A stretch of 64,000 bases of DNA from Dipteris shenzhenensis (taxonomy: Eukaryota), in assembly GCA_047967505.1 (NCBI GenBank), contig CM106538.1; one strand, 5' to 3'. This document shows, piece by piece, positions 56,578-64,000 of the stretch. How positions within the stretch are numbered: the stretch's first letter is position 1; every line of letters begins with the position of its first letter. Below the pieces are notes generated by a model that saw nothing but the letters and a program-made list of their open reading frames with translations, searched no databases and was not told the DNA's origin. The translations under genes and the position numbers were made by a program.

Positions 56578-59118
56578 ATGGCTGGACGCCGTCCTGAGCA
56601 TGATGGGGACATCGAGCTCGATGCCGAGGCTGACAACTTCTTCAATCGACGAAATCACAACAATCACGGCCGACGCCCCTTGGGAAAACTGGAACTTCCC
56701 AAATATAATGGTAGGGGAGACCCTGCTCGCTTCCTCCAACATTTTGATGCCGCATGTCGAGCAGGTGGTGATCAATCCCATGAAACTAAGGTGGCTTGGT
56801 TTCCAATGGCCTTAACTGATGAGGCGTCAGAATGGTACCTCGACCTTCTTGTGGAAGAACGTGCTACATGGGACCTACTTCAAACCGAATTCAAACGTCG
56901 CTTTCAAACGGAGAGGCTACAAGATGATCCCGCTCTCCAACTCAGCAAGATCGAACAAGGCCGGAGGGAAGATGTACGCACATACCTGGGAAAGATGAAG
57001 AGATTGATCGCCAAATGTGACCCACGCCCAGATGCAAAGTACCTCACGGCATGGTTCATAGCAGGTCTAAGAAAGAAAATCCGCAAGGATATGAAAAAGA
57101 TAAGTAGCTATGAAACATTCAGTGCTGCTCATGCGGCAGCCATTGACATCGAAGATGGCATGACAGATTCAGACACTAGCAGTGATGATGCCAGATCAAA
57201 TACACGAGATAAGCGCTCGAAAAAAGGTAAATCAAAGGACACTTCCGAAACATCCAATGAAGATCGCCTCGAGGCCATGACCTTGAAGCTGAAAGAAGAT
57301 ATGATGCAGGCCATGGATCAAAAACTTCACTTGTCTCAGCCGCCAACTCAAACATATCCACGGCGAGAAAATGTATGGTGCCCCCACTGCTTGGCAAATC
57401 ATACAGCAAATGAATGCCCAGTCCTAAGAGCAAGAATCAATGCACAAGCAAATCCACCGCCACGGTTGTGGTGCCATATCTGTGTCGTCGGCGGCCATGA
57501 TGAGACCAGTTGCATCTTCAACATGCGCAACAATCCGCCTCGACCACCACAATACCAAGCGGCACCCATGCCAGTATACAGGCAACCGGCACTTGCACAA
57601 GCACCCCCAGCTCCGAGACTAAATCCTGTACCCGTTCGGACACAAGTTCCCCAACTACTCAGGAATCCGAATCCACGACCGTATCCAAGAGCAGCAAATC
57701 CAGCTCCTCAGGCAGTTCCAATACATCAATTACAAGCCGAGGAAGTCGACTCGCTATTTGAGTATGAAGCAGAGTACCCAGTGTACTACGTCGAAGGTGC
57801 GGAGGGTTTAATACCAGTCTATGCAAATCAAGTGCGACCCAATACATTTCGTGCACCAATCAAGTGTTACGGTTGTGGAGAAAATCATAGAATCGCAGAA
57901 TGCCCTCATCGCGGTAGCCCAGCCACTTTCCAACCACTCTGCAGAGATTGTGGCATAGGACATGCCTGTATGGATTGTCCCATGAAAAATAAGGTCCCAG
58001 AACAAACAGAGGTTAAGCCCGACGTCCCCATCGGCATCATTGGGGTGGACCATCAAAGTCTGGGACCGGCAAGTCTAAGGTCACAACCTATCAATGTAAT
58101 TACACGCCAACAGAAAGCGGCTACGAAGGACCCTATCATTCCGATCCAACCGAAGCGACTTCTGAGAAAGAAAGCACAAGTGCCTCCACCTCCGCCAAGC
58201 AATGAGCAGCCGAGTTCATCTACATCAACTCCCGAGCCTCGAATAAAAGAAGCTCCATTCCCGAATGCAGAGGTGGAGAAGGCTCGTTTTCAGGCACTTC
58301 AGCAATGGGTCCAAAATGAACAAGCTCAATTTGAGGCTCAGAAACAAGCTCAAGACCCACTCCATGACTTGGCCCAACAAAGTATTGATACTGTACTCGA
58401 GCCTTTGTTCCAACAACAGACTCCACAACAGAATGTACCGCCCCGTCAACTTGAAGGAGCTGCACTCTCTAGCATCCTGAGTTGCCCTGTGTCCATTCCC
58501 ATCGGAATCCTCTTACGAAATTGTCCCAATCTCTGGGAGAGTTTCAAAGGATGGATTGAACTCGCAAATCCCTCTCCACCTATGAATGACATTGATGATA
58601 TCCCTGTGCGGATGGGTGAGAAAGATGACATACGCAACATCACTGTGCCTTTGATCCACAAGGCATATAATGAAATCCAAGCCATAGTGGATGGTGGAGC
58701 AGGTGTCAATGTCCTATCAAAGGAGCTTTACGAAGAATGGGGTCTCCCACCAATGCAAAAGGCTAATTTCAACATACGCCTTGTCGATGATTCACGGGCT
58801 AAACCCTTGGGAATAGTGAATGGCGTGTCCACAAAGATCGCAGGAGTCCGCTTTTCCCTTCAATTCACAATCTTGGATCTCCCCAAAAAATCCTATCAAA
58901 TCTTACTGGGACGTCCTTGGTTACGGGAAGCATCAGTCCTCCATGACTGGGGAACGGATAGATTGACAATCCAGAATCGAGATACTGCAGTCAGGGTGAA
59001 TGTGGGGACAGGAGTTATTAAACCAATTGTTCCTAGAGCATTGGATGACACATCTTCCACGACAATCTCGAGCAAATCAGATCCCTTGCAACAGCATGCC
59101 ATAGCAGGTGACTCATAA
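56578..59118 (+). CDS. Retrotransposon Gag plus aspartic protease (846 aa)
   Basis: Retrotrans_gag-like FPMALTDEASEWY..FKRRF, four CCHC-type knuckles, and AIVDGGAGVN..ILLGRPWL. Confidence 0.93.
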   Translation: MAGRRPEHDGDIELDAEADNFFNRRNHNNHGRRPLGKLELPKYNGRGDPARFLQHFDAACRAGGDQSHETKVAWFPMALTDEASEWYLDLLVEERATWDLLQTEFKRRFQTERLQDDPALQLSKIEQGRREDVRTYLGKMKRLIAKCDPRPDAKYLTAWFIAGLRKKIRKDMKKISSYETFSAAHAAAIDIEDGMTDSDTSSDDARSNTRDKRSKKGKSKDTSETSNEDRLEAMTLKLKEDMMQAMDQKLHLSQPPTQTYPRRENVWCPHCLANHTANECPVLRARINAQANPPPRLWCHICVVGGHDETSCIFNMRNNPPRPPQYQAAPMPVYRQPALAQAPPAPRLNPVPVRTQVPQLLRNPNPRPYPRAANPAPQAVPIHQLQAEEVDSLFEYEAEYPVYYVEGAEGLIPVYANQVRPNTFRAPIKCYGCGENHRIAECPHRGSPATFQPLCRDCGIGHACMDCPMKNKVPEQTEVKPDVPIGIIGVDHQSLGPASLRSQPINVITRQQKAATKDPIIPIQPKRLLRKKAQVPPPPPSNEQPSSSTSTPEPRIKEAPFPNAEVEKARFQALQQWVQNEQAQFEAQKQAQDPLHDLAQQSIDTVLEPLFQQQTPQQNVPPRQLEGAALSSILSCPVSIPIGILLRNCPNLWESFKGWIELANPSPPMNDIDDIPVRMGEKDDIRNITVPLIHKAYNEIQAIVDGGAGVNVLSKELYEEWGLPPMQKANFNIRLVDDSRAKPLGIVNGVSTKIAGVRFSLQFTILDLPKKSYQILLGRPWLREASVLHDWGTDRLTIQNRDTAVRVNVGTGVIKPIVPRALDDTSSTTISSKSDPLQQHAIAGDS

Positions 59119-59145
59119 AGCAATGTCAATAACTGGATACAAACA

Positions 59146-62100
59146 TTGGCAACCATCGACAACTGCCATTCATTAGACCCCATCTTCTCACAAATAGATG
59201 TTAACGCACTACAGGTCGATCCTCCACCGACACATGAAGAACAAATCGATCTAGAGATGCCATTCTTTATGGCTGATCTCGAATGGGATAATGAACCTGA
59301 AGAAGGTACCCATACCAATGATGACTCAGATTTTCCTTGGGACCTTGAAACAGAGGCTGCGAATGCTGAGATTGAAGATCAAATCTTTGATAATGACCTA
59401 GCCATTCTGCATGCCCTAATGGCAGTTGAGCTCCCAAAAGTTGAACCTCCACAGTTGCATAACAGCAGAAGATCCCGCAAGAAAGCTGCCGGAGGAAATC
59501 GCAGAAGAGCCAAGGTCGAACACTTCAATGAATTCGAACGAGTCCAAACACGGATTGTGGAATTGTATCTTGCAAAGGCAGTCCCCTCAAAGTCAAAAAA
59601 ACCACCTCTTGAATGGTCCCCTGAAGGACTGGAAGGAGTATGTGCAGCACATGAACCCTTACTTGGCAACACCTTGCCAGTGGAAAAGTTACCCCACAGT
59701 TCCCAACGTAAGAAGTTTCGGAAATATAAGCCACATGTGCGGATGAAGCTCGATCAAGAGACTTCCGACAAAGAAAGGAAAGAAGAGCCTAACAAATTAC
59801 TAAATGCAACTATGCCACCCAGTACTCATGACACATCTCAGGCTAGTTCAACCCCATCAGAGGCCGATCTTCGAGAAGTGTCGGAATACTTTAAGAATTA
59901 TACAAGTGGTAGTGCACCAATAGCAATGCCAAGACCAATCAGAGAATCTGAAGTTCAAGAAACCGATAGCATTGGAGAAACTCCAATCTATGAGGGACCG
60001 GCAAAAACACGCACAATAAACCTCGCCCTTGAAGGGGAGGAAGAAAAGTTGGTTTTCATTGGGAAACAGCTCCGTCAAGAAGATGAAAGCAAACTCAAAG
60101 AACTCCTAATGGAATACCGTGACTGCCTAGCATGGTCATACAAAGAGATGAAAGGAATTTCACCCGAAGTGGCAGTTCACACGATCCCTATAAGGGAAGG
60201 TGCTCGCCCTAAGGTATGTGGACCTTATCGCACAAATCCTAAATATGGCACCATGGTTTATGACGAGCTGGAAAAACTCCTAGATGCCGGATTCATCTAC
60301 GAGATAGAGCACACTGATTGGGTTTCACCCATTGTCATTGTGCCTAAACGCAACAAGAAGCTCAGAATATGCGTAAACTTGAAAAATGTGAATGCCGCCA
60401 CAATTAGGGATCACTACCCCCTACCCTTAACAGAAACAGTGTTGGAAAAGGTGGCAGGATCTGAAATATATAGCTTCTTGGATGGCTTCAGTGGCTATAA
60501 CCAAGTACAAATTGCTCCTCAAGACCAATTAAAAATAGCATTTGCTACAGAATGGGGTATTTTTGCATATAGAGTCATGCCTTTCGGCCTTTGTAATGCC
60601 CCAGCCACATTCCAGCGAGTCATTTTCACAGCTTTCAAGTCATTTTTGAATAAGTTTTTACAGGTCTTCTTGGATGATTTGTGCATCCATTCAACCAAAC
60701 AGGACCACTTCAAATGTCTGGAAGAAGTACTAATCAAATGCAGGGAGTATGGCATCTCCCTAAATCCAACAAAATGCCAGTTCATGGTCACCCACGGAGT
60801 TGTTTTGGGACACATCGTCTCTCAACATGGGATTGCAACTGACATGGACAAAATCAAAGTCATCATGGAATTGCCTCCTCCTACAAATTCCAAAGGTGTA
60901 CAGGTCTTTATGGGACATGCCGGCTATTATAGAAGATTTATATTGCGGTATGCCATGATAGCTAGACCACTTTACAAGTTATTAGTGGAGTTCTTATGGA
61001 CCGAAGAGTGCGACCAAGCCTTTGAGCTTTTAAAGTGGCGCCTAATCACAGCACCCATCCTTCTATCTCCCAATTGGGATATTGATTTTCATGTTCATAC
61101 TGATGGATCCAAGTATGCAATTGGGAGTGTGCTTTGTCAACCTGGTGAACATAAGAAAGACTATCCCGTCTACTTCGCCAGCCGACAACTCAATGATGCA
61201 GAGATCAACTATACAACCACAGAAAGAGAAGCCCTAGCAATGGTGTACAGTGTAAAGAGATTTCGGCACTATCTCCTTGCAAATGATTTTGTCTTCTACA
61301 CCGACCATCAAGCATTGCTTTATCTTGTGAACCGTCCGTGTACCACAGGAAGAATAACCAGATGGCTCCTCTTGCTGCAAGAATTCAACTTCAAAATTGT
61401 GGTCCGCAAAGGTGCCCAACACTACATTGCCGATCACATGTCACGAGTCAAGACAGGAGAAGAAGCCACTGGAATAGAAGATGACTTACCAGATGCCACA
61501 CTATTTCAAATAGATGCTGTTCCAGAATGGTGTGGAGATATCATTGGTGGGTACTTGATGGCAGGAAGACCACCCCCTGACATGAAAGCAGTAGATGCCA
61601 GAAAATTGATTCTAAAGGCTGCATCATATCAACTCATTGCAGGACAACTATACAAGATGGGCAAGGACCAGATATTAAGAAGATGTGTAATGCCTCATGA
61701 GATCCTGCCAATCCTGAGTGAAGTCGATGAAGGCATTGCAGGAGGACACTTCCAAGGGGAAGCCACAGCAAGAAAAGTTCTCCTCGCAGGCTACTGGTGG
61801 CCAACACTGTGGGCAGATGCCTATGAATATGTAAAAGGCTGTGATGTATGCCAACGAACTATTAAACCACAACACAAAGACTTCAATCCCCTAACAACAA
61901 TTGTTGCACAACAGCCATTTGAAAAATGGGGGATTGATTATGTGGGTCCCATACATCCAGCAGCAAAAGGAACACAGGCACGCTACATCATTGTGGCCAC
62001 TGATTACTTTACAAAATGGGCTGAAGCTAAAGCAGTCAGAAAGGCAGATGCCAAAAGCACGGCAAGATTCTTGTACGAACATGTGATCACCCGATTCGGA

Positions 62101-62832
62101 TGCCCCCTTGAAATTGTGTCGGATAGAGGCACACATTTTGTCAATGAGGTAATCCAAGAACTCTTGTCTGGCTTCATGGTCATTCATAGAAAAAGCACAC
62201 CCTACTACCCCCAAGGGAATGGATTAGCAGAATCCACAAACAAAATCATATGCAATATCCTCACCAAGGTAGTAGAACCGCAGCGTTCTGATTGGGCAGA
62301 GAAACTGAATGCAGCCTTATGGGCATACAGAACCACATTCAAGGTCAGTACAGGGAACACACCTTTTCAATTGGTGTACGGCCTTGAAGCCGTGGTCCCA
62401 CTTGAATTTATAATACCAAGTCTGCGCATCGCAATACAAGAACGCATGGGTGATCATGAGTCCTTGAAAGAAAGGCTCTGTCAGTTGGAAAAGCATACAG
62501 AGACAAGACTAGTCGCTTATCATGCCATGACAATAGAAAAACGTCGAAGAAAGGCATGGTTTGACAGGAATCTAAAAGCTAAAGACATCAAGGAAGGCGA
62601 CTTAGTCCTGTTATACAATGCCAAAGTACACAAGGGAAAACTGAAATATCTAGGTCAAGGACCCTACCGAGTACGAAAGATGAATCCCATTGGAGCTGTG
62701 CTACTTGAAACACTAGATGGAGTCCAATTCAACACAACAATAAACGGGAGCCGACTGAAGCACTACTACGTCAACACGCGAGCCATCCCCGACAAAAACG
62801 AAGATTTGGGAAACCAAGTCTTCCTTAGTTAG
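59146..62832 (+). CDS. Retrotransposon Pol: RT, RNase H, integrase; same frame as gag
   Basis: FLDGFSGYNQV, MPFGLCNAPATFQR, FLDD, HTDGSKYAIG, NYTTTERE, WGIDYVGP, IVSDRGTHF and GNGLAESTN. Confidence 0.96.
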   Translation: MATIDNCHSLDPIFSQIDVNALQVDPPPTHEEQIDLEMPFFMADLEWDNEPEEGTHTNDDSDFPWDLETEAANAEIEDQIFDNDLAILHALMAVELPKVEPPQLHNSRRSRKKAAGGNRRRAKVEHFNEFERVQTRIVELYLAKAVPSKSKKPPLEWSPEGLEGVCAAHEPLLGNTLPVEKLPHSSQRKKFRKYKPHVRMKLDQETSDKERKEEPNKLLNATMPPSTHDTSQASSTPSEADLREVSEYFKNYTSGSAPIAMPRPIRESEVQETDSIGETPIYEGPAKTRTINLALEGEEEKLVFIGKQLRQEDESKLKELLMEYRDCLAWSYKEMKGISPEVAVHTIPIREGARPKVCGPYRTNPKYGTMVYDELEKLLDAGFIYEIEHTDWVSPIVIVPKRNKKLRICVNLKNVNAATIRDHYPLPLTETVLEKVAGSEIYSFLDGFSGYNQVQIAPQDQLKIAFATEWGIFAYRVMPFGLCNAPATFQRVIFTAFKSFLNKFLQVFLDDLCIHSTKQDHFKCLEEVLIKCREYGISLNPTKCQFMVTHGVVLGHIVSQHGIATDMDKIKVIMELPPPTNSKGVQVFMGHAGYYRRFILRYAMIARPLYKLLVEFLWTEECDQAFELLKWRLITAPILLSPNWDIDFHVHTDGSKYAIGSVLCQPGEHKKDYPVYFASRQLNDAEINYTTTEREALAMVYSVKRFRHYLLANDFVFYTDHQALLYLVNRPCTTGRITRWLLLLQEFNFKIVVRKGAQHYIADHMSRVKTGEEATGIEDDLPDATLFQIDAVPEWCGDIIGGYLMAGRPPPDMKAVDARKLILKAASYQLIAGQLYKMGKDQILRRCVMPHEILPILSEVDEGIAGGHFQGEATARKVLLAGYWWPTLWADAYEYVKGCDVCQRTIKPQHKDFNPLTTIVAQQPFEKWGIDYVGPIHPAAKGTQARYIIVATDYFTKWAEAKAVRKADAKSTARFLYEHVITRFGCPLEIVSDRGTHFVNEVIQELLSGFMVIHRKSTPYYPQGNGLAESTNKIICNILTKVVEPQRSDWAEKLNAALWAYRTTFKVSTGNTPFQLVYGLEAVVPLEFIIPSLRIAIQERMGDHESLKERLCQLEKHTETRLVAYHAMTIEKRRRKAWFDRNLKAKDIKEGDLVLLYNAKVHKGKLKYLGQGPYRVRKMNPIGAVLLETLDGVQFNTTINGSRLKHYYVNTRAIPDKNEDLGNQVFLS

Positions 62833-63299
62833 GATTAGATTGTATCACAAGCACTCACTCACATATGCACGTTTTTGCACATATAGTTTGCACTAGATTG
62901 TTACACGCACACTCACTGCATACGCACGTTTTTTGCACATTAGGGATGTTTGAGTCTTAGTTTCCCTATCAAATCCCACAAATAAGCATATAGTTAGACA
63001 CATCACATGCACTCACATGATTTTGCATAGGCACATAATAGATTGCATAAAAAAATAGTATCACACACTTTCATTCCATACTCTCAAAGCATGCAATGAA
63101 TTCACACGCAGTACACAAAGCTATGCCAAAACTCAAGATGAATTGGCAACAGAGTCTGCAGCCTCCGCAACGAGACCCCCGCCAAACATCACAGCCGTCT
63201 CCTATATGCAAAAATATCAAACTTGCATACTAATTATCTACAAGCTCAATGCTACGGGTGCAATCGCATCCAACATGTATGCAAGATAGCAAGAAATGA

Positions 63300-63570
63300 C
63301 AGCCTCAACAACGAGACCCCCACCAAATCTCTTCCCAAGAAGATTCGATGGCAGCGTCCGCAACCTCAGCAACGAGATCCCCTCTGACATTCATAGTCAT
63401 CTACCCCTCCTTAAGTGGAGACAAGCTTCTTGACCAACATCCTTTATACCAATCCTCCACAACGAGACCCCCGCTAAACCTCTTCCCAAGAAGATTCGAT
63501 GGCAGCATCCGCAACCTCAGCAACGAGATCCCCTCTGGCAATCATAGTCATCTACCCCTCCTTAAGAGGA
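63300..63570. repeat. ~150-bp tandem duplication in the gypsy 3' UTR
   Basis: CTCTTCCCAAGAAGATTCGATGGCAGC...CATAGTCATCTACCCCTCCTTAAG occurs twice. CAACGAGAYCCC recurs five times from about 63168. Confidence 0.88.
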
Positions 63571-63740
63571 GATAAGTTTCTTGACTATTGACTACAAATT
63601 GTGTGGTGCAAAAGCATTATAGCAGGAACGACTCGCATACCACAAGCTAAATAGCCACTGAATTATGCACATGGCATCCCAACTCTGAAATCAAAATAAG
63701 CCATAACCCGAGGATGGGTAATAAAATGGATCCGGGAGTA

Positions 63741-64000
63741 TGTTGACTCTGTGCCAACATGAACTTATGAAGAAAGAGAAGGTGATACAACTTTGTGATA
63801 CAACTTTGTGTTACAACTTTGTGTTACAACTTCTAGACACAACTTTATGTTACGACTTTGTGTAACAACTTTGTGTTACGAGTTTGTCTACATGAAGAGA
63901 GAGAATGTGTTACGACTTTGTGATACAATTTTGTGACACAACTTTGTGTTACAACTTTGTGTTACAACTTTGTGTAACAACTTTGTGTTACATCTTCTAC
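63741..64000 (+). repeat. 3' LTR (partial)
   Basis: Matches 51875 onward except for small indels. Confidence 0.95.

Larger units (their letters stand above)
51875..64000 (+). mobile_element. Near-intact non-chromoviral Ty3/gypsy element (Athila/OTA-like PBS); 3' LTR runs off the window
   Basis: 5' LTR 51875-53046 (TG...CA), PBS, ~3.5-kb leader, gag-PR ORF, RT-RH-IN ORF, and a near-identical 3' LTR starting at 63741. Confidence 0.95.

Overview
Repeat-rich plant nuclear DNA. The PLS-class PPR motif style suggests a fern, which is an inference. Two apparently intact, spliced PLS-type PPR genes (candidate organellar RNA-editing factors) sit among nested Ty1/copia, Ty3/gypsy and LINE remnants. 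A young, nearly intact non-chromoviral gypsy element runs from 51.9 kb to the window end. The most unusual signal is a decayed, intron-containing DDE transposase at about 38.3-44.1 kb, split by a copia insertion. After removing the insertion and introns by hand, it shows the catalytic and zinc-binding motif series of RAG1/Transib-type recombinases, a group not normally described in land plants. Other observations: two inverted orphan copies of the second PPR gene's promoter and intron 1, telomere-like palindromes in the gypsy leader, and a duplication around the 100-N gap that is probably an assembly artefact.
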